Positions 1-7,865 are shown, counted from the stretch's first letter. The stretch is DNA of 24,492 bases from Nanohaloarchaea archaeon B1-Br10_U2g1 (GCA_001563875.1 LKMN01000009.1:1-24492), one strand, 5' to 3'. Translations and numbers: made by a program. Notes: a model not told the origin generated them from the sequence alone.

Positions 1-206
1 AAGCATCACAGTATATGACCAAAGAAGCCAAATCTCGTCTCACCAATATTAAGACGGTAGATGAGGAGAAGGCTTTGGCCGTAGCACGTCAGATAACAGC
101 TTTAGGAAGCTCAGGACGTATAAACGAGATAGACGAGGAAGAGATGAAACAGATACTTAGATCGCTTCAAAACCAAGAAAGTTCAAATATAAAGTTTAGA
201 AGGTGA
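1..206 (+). CDS. PDCD5/MTH1615-family DNA-binding protein, 5'-truncated by the window edge
   Basis: Frame is open from nt 3 (ASQYMTKEAKSRLTNIK...). It matches the family pattern 'LTxEARxRLxNI...A...I.E..LKxIL' and has the typical IKFRR C-terminus. Usual position upstream of rpl39e. Confidence 0.85.
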   Translation, partial: ASQYMTKEAKSRLTNIKTVDEEKALAVARQITALGSSGRINEIDEEEMKQILRSLQNQESSNIKFRR

Positions 207-216
207 AAAAGATACT

Positions 217-390
217 ATGAGTTCCAACAAGACAAAGTCTAAGAAAAAAAGACTATCAAAAGCATACAACACAGCTAAATCAGCTCCAAGATGGGCAGCT
301 CTCAAAGCTTTTGGAATGGATAGAGCAAGAAAGACTTCCCTGAAGCCTAGAAAGGATAGACACTGGAGAAGAGACGACCTCGACGAATAG
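217..390 (+). CDS. rpl39e: 50S ribosomal protein L39e (57 aa; not in ORF track)
   Basis: Manual translation MSSNKTKSKKKRLSKAYNTAKSAPRWAALKAFGMDRARKTSLKPRKDRHWRRDDLDE. Has the KKxRL, PxW and RHWRR signatures. SD-like AGGTGA at 201-206. Confidence 0.93.
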   Translation: MSSNKTKSKKKRLSKAYNTAKSAPRWAALKAFGMDRARKTSLKPRKDRHWRRDDLDE

Positions 391-400
391 ACCGGTCAGT

Positions 401-1048
401 ATGTCTATAGAACGTTATAATTACGAGGGAGATCCCAACATAGGTTTCTATGCCACAGTCACCTCGAAGTACGCTGTGTATCCCTATGAGTTTAGAGAGA
501 AAGATTTCTTCGAATTAGACCATGTTGTAACCCGTATAGCAGGAACAAACCTGGTTGGATTATTCACCGCCGGGAACTCAAACTGTCTACTGGTTCCTGA
601 GACAATCACGGAGCATGAAGAGAAGAAACTTGAAGCCTCGAATATCACCTATAAGATAATAGAATCGAACGATACAGCCTTAGGCAATCTTATCCTTGTC
701 AACGACAAAGGTGCCTATGTAAGCGAAAAGCTTTCCGATAAGAAAGAAGAGATTGAAGAGGCTTTAGAGGTCCCTGTGACTATAGGCGACATAGCAGGGA
801 TATCAAACGTTGGTGTATGCGGTGTAGCTAACAACAACGGGGCAGTAATCCATAGAGCTGCGACGGAAAAAGACGCTGAGAAAGTAATGAATGCCTTGGA
901 TGTAGAGAAGATAGATATCGGCACGATAAATATGGGTTCTCCGTACGTCTCATCAGGTATACTCTGTAACAGTACACACTTCCTGGTAGGAGAAGAGACT
1001 ACAGGCCCTGAGCTAGGTAGAATAGACCAGATGCTTGTCCAAGAATAA
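401..1048 (+). CDS. eif6: Translation initiation factor 6 (aIF-6)
   Basis: Motifs PNIG, GTNLVGLFTAGNSNCLLVP, TALGNLILVND, GTINMGSPYVSSG and TTGPELGRI. Canonical position. Confidence 0.95.
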   Translation: MSIERYNYEGDPNIGFYATVTSKYAVYPYEFREKDFFELDHVVTRIAGTNLVGLFTAGNSNCLLVPETITEHEEKKLEASNITYKIIESNDTALGNLILVNDKGAYVSEKLSDKKEEIEEALEVPVTIGDIAGISNVGVCGVANNNGAVIHRAATEKDAEKVMNALDVEKIDIGTINMGSPYVSSGILCNSTHFLVGEETTGPELGRIDQMLVQE

Positions 1049-1135
1049 GTGGTTCAGAAAGGTAAACTAGGTTGTAAAAGAACCGACTGAGTCACAGGAT
1101 CTAAGTCAAATTCTCTAATCTGTACCGGGGTTGGG

Positions 1136-1143
1136 TTTAAAAA
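1136..1143 (+). promoter_or_regulatory. TATA box of LX-pfdA-ftsY (probably leaderless)
   Basis: TTTAAAAA ending 22 nt before the ATG at 1166. Confidence 0.55.
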
Positions 1144-1165
1144 GTTCAGAGTTATCCTTTGAACT

Positions 1166-1342
1166 ATGACAGAGTACACTTTCTCCGGTAAAATCAGACT
1201 TGGAAGAAAGGAACATCCTTTCGAGAGAACAGTAGAAGCAGAGTCTGAAAAACAAGCAGAAGACAATCTATACTCTCAGCTAGGAAGCGAACACTCCGCT
1301 CCAAGAGGCAAAATAACTGTAGAAAACGTAGAAGAGGCATAG
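1166..1342 (+). CDS. rpl18a: 50S ribosomal protein LX / L18Ae (58 aa; not in ORF track)
   Basis: Manual translation MTEYTFSGKIRLGRKEHPFERTVEAESEKQAEDNLYSQLGSEHSAPRGKITVENVEEA. Has the YSxLGSxH motif and lies between aIF-6 and pfdA. Confidence 0.93.
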   Translation: MTEYTFSGKIRLGRKEHPFERTVEAESEKQAEDNLYSQLGSEHSAPRGKITVENVEEA

Positions 1343-1347
1343 AAACA

Positions 1348-1752
1348 ATGAACCAACAGGAACAGCTACAGAAATATCAACAGATCCAGCAACAGATTGA
1401 ACAGGTTCAAGACTATGTCATGCAGGTAGAAGACAATATAAACGAGATGGAGGAGACAGCTAAAGCTGCAAAAAACATAGAGAATGAAGAAGTTGGAAGC
1501 GAGATACTAGTGCCTATAGGCTCAGGAGCGTTTGTAGTAGGAGAGCTTAAGGAAACTGATAAAATAGTAACCAACATTGGTGGAGAGGCCTTTGAGAAGA
1601 AAACTGTCGGCAAGGCAGTTGAAATACTTGAAGGAAGAAAAGAACAGCTACAGGAGACACACGACGAGCTACAAGACACTATAGAGCAGCTTCAAGCTCA
1701 GATGCAAGAGATACAACAACATCTACAGCAAGCGCGCCAAGACCAAGAGTAG
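1348..1752 (+). CDS. pfdA: Prefoldin subunit alpha
   Basis: Coiled coils flank the EILVPIGSGAFV...KIVTNIGGEAFEKK beta-hairpins. Canonical synteny. Confidence 0.93.
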   Translation: MNQQEQLQKYQQIQQQIEQVQDYVMQVEDNINEMEETAKAAKNIENEEVGSEILVPIGSGAFVVGELKETDKIVTNIGGEAFEKKTVGKAVEILEGRKEQLQETHDELQDTIEQLQAQMQEIQQHLQQARQDQE

Positions 1753-1761
1753 GTGCTGGAG

Positions 1762-2649
1762 ATGCTCAAACGGTTCAAAGAATCTGTAAAAGATTTTTCT
1801 TCTGATGTCAAGTCTGCAGTAACTGAAAAAGAACTTGAGGAAGAGACTTTAAACCCTCTATTAGAAGAACTGAGGCTGAAACTTCTGCAGAGCAATGTTT
1901 CACTTGAGGCTGCAGAATCAATAGAAAAGGAGCTACGCCAAAATCTTCTAGGACAAAAAGTACCTAGAACTAAAGTAGAGGAAAAAGTCAACCAAGCTGT
2001 GAAAGAAGTACTACTAGACCTACTAGATGACAGCTTCAATATTGAAGAGGAATTGAAAAAATCGGGAGAGCCGCCGGTAATATTCTTTATAGGGTTTAAT
2101 GGTAGCGGTAAGACAACTTCTGCAGCCAAACTAACCCACAGACTTGAGGAAAATGGTAGAGAGGTTGTACTTGGTGCAGGAGATACTTTTAGAGCTGCAA
2201 GTATTGAGCAGCTAGAAGAACATGGTAGAAACCTTGACGTGCCTGTTATATCGCATGAATATGAATCTGATCCTGCGGCGGTGGGTTATGACACTGTTGA
2301 ACATGCAGAAAAGGAAGATAAGGTGGCCATAGTTGATACCGCAGGAAGAAGCCACTCAAATACAAATCTCATGAACGAACTAGAGAAGATGGTGGAGGTT
2401 AACAGCCCTGATATCACCTTCTTGGTCGTTGACGCATTGTCGGGGAACGATGTTCTTGAACAAGCTGAAGCTTATGAGGGAATGTTTGATGCGATTATAG
2501 TTACGAAGATGGATGTCGATGAGGACGGTGGAGCAATTATATCAATATCGGAAAGATCTGGTAAGCCTGTAGCATTTGTGGGTAACGGCCAGAACTACGA
2601 GGACCTAGAAAGTTTTGACAAGGAGGCCTTTGTAGAAAAGATAGTTTGA
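1762..2649 (+). CDS. ftsY: SRP receptor FtsY (NG domain only)
   Basis: GFNGSGKTT, GDTFRAA, DTAGR, TKMD and GNGQ motifs. ATG 1762 preferred (AGGTG at 1751-1755); GTG 1753 is the alternative start. Confidence 0.95.
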   Translation: MLKRFKESVKDFSSDVKSAVTEKELEEETLNPLLEELRLKLLQSNVSLEAAESIEKELRQNLLGQKVPRTKVEEKVNQAVKEVLLDLLDDSFNIEEELKKSGEPPVIFFIGFNGSGKTTSAAKLTHRLEENGREVVLGAGDTFRAASIEQLEEHGRNLDVPVISHEYESDPAAVGYDTVEHAEKEDKVAIVDTAGRSHSNTNLMNELEKMVEVNSPDITFLVVDALSGNDVLEQAEAYEGMFDAIIVTKMDVDEDGGAIISISERSGKPVAFVGNGQNYEDLESFDKEAFVEKIV

Positions 2650-2650
2650 T

Positions 2651-3400
2651 CTACGGAGTCAAAAACTCTTTAACTCCATATAAGCTGCTCATTTGAAGCC
2701 CGTAAGACTCCTTTAGAGCTGAACTAACCAGGTCTAGATCTTCGCCCTCATCAATCAGGTTTTCGGAGTTTATTCTAAGCACTGCATCAGGTATACGGTT
2801 GCTGTACTTAAGAGAAGTATAGATCCGTTTACGATCCGTAGAGTCTACCTCAGACTGGTCAACATCTTCTTCGTAAGAGGTTAAAAGGGTTGCAGCCTCT
2901 CTAAGGCTAGGCTGGTTAGAATGTTTGGTATAGCTTACTAGAAATCTTTGTCTTTCGTTAGAAAGTACCTTAAAGAAGTCTCCGTACTTAAGTTTGTCCC
3001 CTATTCTGTCACTATAATCGAGTTCGGGAGGTATTATCTGTTTGAGATTGTCGAACTTTTCAGTTGGCCTTACCTGTTTCGCCTGTGATCTGCTCTCATA
3101 TTCCTCTAGGTATCCTTCTTTGATCATGAGCGGGAAGTGTGACTGAGTTAAAGAGGTCTGCTCTTTCTTTATCTCATTTGAAGTAAGTTTATCTGTACTT
3201 TTATCTTCTATCTTTCCGCCAATGTATTCAGCTAGTTCTCTTGAGTCCAATGGTCTAGCTTCTGTTCTCCACGGCAGAGGAAAATTAGAGGGCTGTTCTT
3301 CCGAAATACGTTGTGTGGCGTAGTATCTCTTCTCGTTCTTCAGTATTGATGCCTCTTCTAATGACACTTCAGGTATCTCTCTAAAACTGATTATCTCCAT
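2651..3400 (-). CDS. Protein with two tandem DUF7344-like (haloarchaeal winged-helix) domains
   Basis: Two repeats: LKNEKRYY...SRELAEYI...LTSNEIKKEQTSLTQSHFPLM and LSNERQRF...SLREAATLL...VDSTDRKRIYTSL. Both resemble the haloarchaeal pattern 'LSNERRR...LRELA...ERKRVYTSLYQxHLPKL' (recalled, not searched). Confidence 0.7.
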   Translation of the reverse strand: MEIISFREIPEVSLEEASILKNEKRYYATQRISEEQPSNFPLPWRTEARPLDSRELAEYIGGKIEDKSTDKLTSNEIKKEQTSLTQSHFPLMIKEGYLEEYESRSQAKQVRPTEKFDNLKQIIPPELDYSDRIGDKLKYGDFFKVLSNERQRFLVSYTKHSNQPSLREAATLLTSYEEDVDQSEVDSTDRKRIYTSLKYSNRIPDAVLRINSENLIDEGEDLDLVSSALKESYGLQMSSLYGVKEFLTP

Positions 3401-3467
3401 TAGAGAAATCTAAAGAAAAACTGTTTAAATAAGATATGTGTACGGTAGAACAATAAAATTGGTTCTT

Positions 3468-3809
3468 TTAGCTGTATGCCTGTTGTTCATCTAGTCGTTT
3501 CTGCATCGACTCTTCAAGCTCCTGAAGCTTGGATTTGAGAGGCTCTAGGTCGTCTTCAAACTGATCCATTTTTATCTGTCTACTTTTGGAGTTTTCTCTG
3601 ATTCTGTCCTTTCTCATCTTGGACATTAGGTGGTTTACTTCGGCTACAAACTGTTCGTACTCTTTCATCTGGGCTTCTATGTAGGATATCTCTTCAATAA
3701 ACTCCTCTCTTAGTTCTTCTGTCACTTCTTGCTTCAGTTCCTGCTTTAGCTGTTTCTTTTCAACTCCAAACTGTTTCCTGACTGTGCTATAAAATTTTTC
3801 CATGCCCAT
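3468..3809 (-). CDS. Hypothetical coiled-coil protein
   Basis: 113-aa E/K/Q-rich helical ORF that fills the gap on the same strand as its neighbours. Confidence 0.7.
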   Translation of the reverse strand: MGMEKFYSTVRKQFGVEKKQLKQELKQEVTEELREEFIEEISYIEAQMKEYEQFVAEVNHLMSKMRKDRIRENSKSRQIKMDQFEDDLEPLKSKLQELEESMQKRLDEQQAYS

Positions 3810-3862
3810 GGATCTTCAACCTGTATTTACTTATTCCTCCTAAAATCCTTATAAGGTTTTTG

Positions 3863-4375
3863 TTAGCTGTCCAGTGATTCCGGAACTATCACACCTAGAT
3901 CTCTGTACTGATTTTGTTGATAAAAACGTGCTGTCACCGCTCCAACAACGGCATCAAACTCTTTGGCTGAGCCTATATTATCAGCTGAAACGCCTATAGA
4001 TTCAAGCGATTTGTCGCTATCCAAAGCAAGTTCTTCAGAGGTGATGTGAGGCTCAAATCTTATGAAGTCTGGTAAATCCTCCGTCTTGTGTTCAATTTCG
4101 GCCTTGAGAGACTGAAGCCTCTTAACTTTCTTAGTTTCGGATGAGGAAGGCGTAAAGCTGTAACCGCTTTCTATTAGATCTTTCTCTCCTTTAGTAAATT
4201 CTTCTCGTGACTGTTCGCTTGAAACATTGACGGCCACTATCTCTGGCTGGAACTCCTCTATCTTCTCAACTATCTCGGAGTTGGTTTTAACTGAGAAAGT
4301 TTCTGTTTTGTCGCCTAAGAACGCTATGTTACACTTTTTCTCGCCGTCTGATGTTAGTATTAGACCTGCTATCAT
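3863..4375 (-). CDS. DUF429/COG2410-like RNase H-fold protein, degenerate active site
   Basis: Layout MIAGLILT...NIAFL...EIVEKIEEFQPEIVAVN...EKDLIESGY...IRFEP...EFDAVVGAVTARFY follows COG2410 (GIDL...IAIDAP...IEVHP...DAxxAAxTA). Confidence 0.6.
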   Translation of the reverse strand: MIAGLILTSDGEKKCNIAFLGDKTETFSVKTNSEIVEKIEEFQPEIVAVNVSSEQSREEFTKGEKDLIESGYSFTPSSSETKKVKRLQSLKAEIEHKTEDLPDFIRFEPHITSEELALDSDKSLESIGVSADNIGSAKEFDAVVGAVTARFYQQNQYRDLGVIVPESLDS

Positions 4376-5175
4376 CTCTTTATCGCCACCTTCTTCTTTT
4401 CAAACTCTGTTAATGAACGGTTTTTATCACGAGCTTTTTCAACCTCGTTCTTCTCTATGCTTTTCTTCACCTTTGTCAGGAAGTCGTTTAAAGCCTTGTT
4501 GTACTCCTCTGGTTTTTCGTAGAAGCTATAGGTTCCGGCCCTCTCAATAACTCTTATAGAGTGGTCGTCCTGCAGATTTCTAATAGATTTGAGGCTGCTA
4601 AAACGGTCTTCAGTACTGTAAACTGTAGCTGACGGTTTTTCAGGTCTTGAGAGCTCATGTCTCTCTAAAAAGCTTTTCATTATATCGTGTTTAGGAACTA
4701 CAACATCTTCGGAGAACTCCTTTAGAACATTGTATCTTGTGCATTCTGAAAAAAGCGTTCTCCTCAGCAGTTTAGGCTCTCTAATCAGAGAGCTCCAGAT
4801 AATCTTATAGAACGTTCTGGAGGGTATATCTGGCTTTGAATACCTCCCTGTCATGAAAGTAGCTTTAACATTCTCATGGCTCTCTAGTTCTTGTACTATG
4901 GAGTTAGAAGTTATATCGGAGACTAAAACCACCTTATCCATTACCTCTTGACTTATAACACTTTCCAGAGCCTTTTTCACTCCTTCATAATCTTTTCTCC
5001 TCTGTAATGGCTCGAAAACAGCTGTTTTGTAATTCTTAGAAAAGTAGTTGATCTGATGTTTCCAGATCTTTGCATTGAAAGCTCCTGGGACAAATACCAG
5101 CTGTATAGAGGAATCTTCTCCTGATTCTTGGTAGTATATGTTTTGATCCTCTATCCTTCTAAGAGAGAGCTGCAT
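4372..5175 (-). CDS. Alpha/beta hydrolase-fold protein lacking catalytic Ser and His
   Basis: Segments LVFVPGA..WKHQINYFSKNY, KVVLVSDITSN, STEDR and VIERAGTYSFYEKPEEYNKALNDFL align with the family. ATGA overlap with the downstream gene. Confidence 0.8.
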   Translation of the reverse strand: MQLSLRRIEDQNIYYQESGEDSSIQLVFVPGAFNAKIWKHQINYFSKNYKTAVFEPLQRRKDYEGVKKALESVISQEVMDKVVLVSDITSNSIVQELESHENVKATFMTGRYSKPDIPSRTFYKIIWSSLIREPKLLRRTLFSECTRYNVLKEFSEDVVVPKHDIMKSFLERHELSRPEKPSATVYSTEDRFSSLKSIRNLQDDHSIRVIERAGTYSFYEKPEEYNKALNDFLTKVKKSIEKNEVEKARDKNRSLTEFEKKKVAIKR

Positions 5176-5200
5176 AGATAACCCGTTTCGGGTGAAACTC

Positions 5201-5208
5201 TTTTATCA
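5201..5208. promoter_or_regulatory. AT box centred between divergent genes (possible shared TATA)
   Basis: TTTTATCA lies about 24 nt from both ATG 5175 (-) and ATG 5232 (+). Confidence 0.4.
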
Positions 5209-5231
5209 GTTAATTGATTTCTAAGATTTTA

Positions 5232-5567
5232 ATGGCCCAGGACTTCGTTTTGTTAATAATTGGCGGAGCGGCTGCAGCACTTGCATTCCAAGCATACCAG
5301 GTGTCAGGTCCTTTGGCAGGTTTAGGAGTGCTCTTAACAGTTTCTTGGATACTTTACCATCTCAAGACCAAGATAGAGGTCTGGGAGGCGTTAGGAACTC
5401 TACTGAACCCTTTCCATACAGGAGTTACCTTCTTACTTATCGGCTTTACCTATGGGGCTTTACAGGGATTCGGAGTTGCAGGAGCAGTTTTCACCGGTCT
5501 TGCTGGTGCCATACTCGGATTCATTATATCGATAATAGTCTACAACTTCTGGAATATCGGTTCGTAA
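5232..5567 (+). CDS. Small integral membrane protein (about 4 TM helices)
   Basis: Hydrophobic Gly/Ala-rich segments throughout. ATG 5232 preferred over TTG 5214. Confidence 0.75.
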   Translation: MAQDFVLLIIGGAAAALAFQAYQVSGPLAGLGVLLTVSWILYHLKTKIEVWEALGTLLNPFHTGVTFLLIGFTYGALQGFGVAGAVFTGLAGAILGFIISIIVYNFWNIGS

Positions 5568-5606
5568 CCATTTAGCATTTAACCGTTTTTCATCAAAACA
5601 GTGAGT

Positions 5607-6896
5607 ATGTTCGACCGGATAAAAGAGTCTGTACAGAAGTTTTCTTCGAAAGGAGTAGCGGACAAAGAAGCAGTAGAACAACTGGTAAAAGATATACAGA
5701 GAGATCTTATACAGGCGGATGTAGACGTTTCACTGGTTTCAGATTTAAGCAGTGAGATAAGAGAAGAGGCGCTGGATGAAGAAGTTCCTGCAGGTTTAAC
5801 ACGGAAAGAACACGTACTTGAAATAGTATACAATAAGTTAGAAGAACTGCTTGGAGAAGAGGCAGAAGTAGAGGTCGAACCTAAAAAAATACTTTTATGC
5901 GGGCTGTTTGGATCAGGAAAAACAACTACAACAGGTAAAATAGCGGATTTCTACAGAAAAAGAGGGTTAAAAGTAGGTGTGATAGGTGCAGACACAGACA
6001 GACCGGCAGCCTACGACCAGTTAAAACAGATTGCTGAAGATATAGGGGTAGAGTTCTACGGCGATAAAGAAGCTGAAGATCCTGTTAAAGTAGTCGAGAA
6101 AGGTATGCAGGAACTGGATACGGATGTAACTATAGTTGACTCCGCCGGTAGGAACTCTCTAAACGAAGAGCTCAAACAAGAACTATCTGATATAGGTCGG
6201 GTCTTCCAGCCTGATGAGAAATACTTGGTGATGCCGGCGGATATAGGACAGTCTGCACGGAAACAGGCTGAAAGCTTCGAAGAGTCTGTAGGGCTGACAG
6301 GCGTAGTAGTTACAAAGATGGATTCGTCGGCCAAAGGAGGAGGAGCGCTTGTGGCATGCCAGAACTCGGGTATATCGGTCAAGTTTATCGGTAATGGAGA
6401 GAAGATGGAGGATTTAGAGGTCTACGATCCTGTTGACTTCGTCTCGGAGATGATAGGTCAGCCTGATTTAGAGTCGCTTCTCGAAAAGATTGAGGAGCTT
6501 GAAACAGATCCTGAAGCCATTCTTGAAGGAGACTTCACCTTAGAAGACTTCAAACAACAGATACAGTCGATGACTGATGCAGGACTTATGGAGGAGATGC
6601 TTCAGCAGCTTCCTTTCGGTGCTAATCTGCCTTCAGAGATAACAGATATTACTGAGGGGAAAGTTGAATCTTACACTGTTATAATGGATTCCATGACTTC
6701 CGAAGAGATGAACGATCCCTCAGTTATAGGAGGGTCTCGTAGAGAAAGAATTGCAGAAGGCTCAGGGACATCTACCTCTGAGGTTAGAGATCTTGTCAAG
6801 CACTACAGACAGACAAAGAACATGGTAGACAAGTTCGATAAAAAGTCTATGAAAAGAGGCAATATGCAGAATATGATGCAGAAATTAGGGTTCTAA
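5607..6896 (+). CDS. srp54: Signal recognition particle protein SRP54
   Basis: GLFGSGKTTT, DTDRPAA, DSAGR and TKMDSSAKGGGAL, followed by an M domain (FTLEDF, IMDSMT, SRRERIAEGSG) and a Met-rich tail. Confidence 0.96.
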   Translation: MFDRIKESVQKFSSKGVADKEAVEQLVKDIQRDLIQADVDVSLVSDLSSEIREEALDEEVPAGLTRKEHVLEIVYNKLEELLGEEAEVEVEPKKILLCGLFGSGKTTTTGKIADFYRKRGLKVGVIGADTDRPAAYDQLKQIAEDIGVEFYGDKEAEDPVKVVEKGMQELDTDVTIVDSAGRNSLNEELKQELSDIGRVFQPDEKYLVMPADIGQSARKQAESFEESVGLTGVVVTKMDSSAKGGGALVACQNSGISVKFIGNGEKMEDLEVYDPVDFVSEMIGQPDLESLLEKIEELETDPEAILEGDFTLEDFKQQIQSMTDAGLMEEMLQQLPFGANLPSEITDITEGKVESYTVIMDSMTSEEMNDPSVIGGSRRERIAEGSGTSTSEVRDLVKHYRQTKNMVDKFDKKSMKRGNMQNMMQKLGF

Positions 6897-7189
6897 ACTG
6901 TTATTTGGTCTCTTTTGTTCTTAAGGTCGTCTAATTCCTCTTTACTGTAAAACTTCTCTTTTCCTAACCTCTTCTCAAGAATCTCTTCCTTCTCCATAAA
7001 CTCTTCTTCTACATCTTCGTCTATACTTGAGAGTTTGAAGTATAGGATGTCGGATGAGGCTCTAACGCTTTCAAACATGCTTACCCATTTAGATGGAGGT
7101 CTAAAGTCAGCTCTACCTATCGCTCTAGTTGCTCCTAAAAGCGTCAACATCATGTTTCTGTAAAATACTTGTTTTATCTTCTTCTCCAT
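6893..7189 (-). CDS. Hypothetical protein
   Basis: 98-aa ORF filling the gap, with its stop overlapping the srp54 stop and an upstream TTTTAA box. No family recognised. Confidence 0.6.
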   Translation of the reverse strand: MEKKIKQVFYRNMMLTLLGATRAIGRADFRPPSKWVSMFESVRASSDILYFKLSSIDEDVEEEFMEKEEILEKRLGKEKFYSKEELDDLKNKRDQITV

Positions 7190-7260
7190 TCTAAAGGTTC
7201 CACTTCAAGACTCCCCTCAAGAGCCCTTAAAACCCTTTAATAAACGTTAATGAACGGTAG

Positions 7261-7268
7261 TATATAAA
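7261..7268 (+). promoter_or_regulatory. TATA box of the phosphoesterase gene
   Basis: TATATAAA ending 23 nt before ATG 7292. Confidence 0.6.
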
Positions 7269-7291
7269 GGTTGAGAGGCTTTTACTGAATT

Positions 7292-7840
7292 ATGATAGCC
7301 TTGATCTCTGACTCTCACGTACCTCACAGATCACCTGAGATACCTGAAAAGTTTATTGAGCTTGTTGAAGAAGCAGATATGACAGTCCACTGTGGTGATT
7401 TTGAGGAGAAGAAAGTTTATCAGAACATTAAAGATGTTTCAGAAAAGCTTATAGCAGTCAAAGGTAACTGTGACCGGTTTGAGCTACCCAACTCAGAAAC
7501 CTTCAACAAAAACGGTGTGGAGTTCGGTGTATACCATGGCACAGGCATAACACCGAGAGGAGATCACGGCACGCTTCTTAAGATAGCTGAAGAAGATTTA
7601 GAAGTCGATGTCTTGCTACATGGACACACTCATAACCAAGAGGCGGCTGAAAAAGACGGTAAAATACTTTTAAATCCTGGAAGCTGTACAGGCGTAGGTG
7701 GAGGTAGCTCCCGGCCCGGTAACCCAAAGATGATGGTTCTAAAGGTAAAAGACGTTTTCCAGGTCGATATACTAGAGCTTGAGGATGAAAGTATAGTGAA
7801 GAAGACCAGAAAGTTTGATATTGAATCTTCTGAAAACTAA
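7292..7840 (+). CDS. Calcineurin-like metallophosphoesterase (YfcE/MJ0936/Vps29 family)
   Basis: ISDSH, HCGD, KGNCD, YHG, HGHTH and NPGS motifs are all intact. Confidence 0.92.
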   Translation: MIALISDSHVPHRSPEIPEKFIELVEEADMTVHCGDFEEKKVYQNIKDVSEKLIAVKGNCDRFELPNSETFNKNGVEFGVYHGTGITPRGDHGTLLKIAEEDLEVDVLLHGHTHNQEAAEKDGKILLNPGSCTGVGGGSSRPGNPKMMVLKVKDVFQVDILELEDESIVKKTRKFDIESSEN

Positions 7841-7865
7841 AGAGTATAAGGAGTAAAGATTCAGT

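Noticed and set aside
1049-1135. Unusually long gap between aIF-6 and LX as a possible ncRNA or rpl31e remnant
   Set aside because: Only weak pairings (GGTTC/GAACC, GACTGAG/CTAAGTC), no C/D box pair or tRNA/SRP features, no L31e-like frame, and the wrong position for rpl31e.
1348-1752. Gln-rich termini of prefoldin as a repeat expansion
   Set aside because: Q-rich coiled-coil ends are common in halophilic prefoldin alpha, and codons are mixed CAA/CAG without a tandem array.
1698-2129. Antisense ORFs over conserved genes (e.g. 715-924, 1054-1266, 1413-1679, 1698-2129, 5579-5833, 6056-6382, 7958-8296, 8500-8811, 12297-12596, 21083-21454)
   Set aside because: Ser/Phe/Leu-rich shadows of Glu/Lys-rich sense genes that lie almost wholly over well-supported CDSs.
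5181-5193. ACCCG-TTT-CGGGT mini-hairpin as a terminator
   Set aside because: It lies between divergent starts where no transcript ends, and a 5-bp stem is within chance expectation.
7201-7260. Possible CRISPR or minisatellite
   Set aside because: Units are about 10 bp, degenerate and without spacers. Kept only as a low-interest phasing observation.
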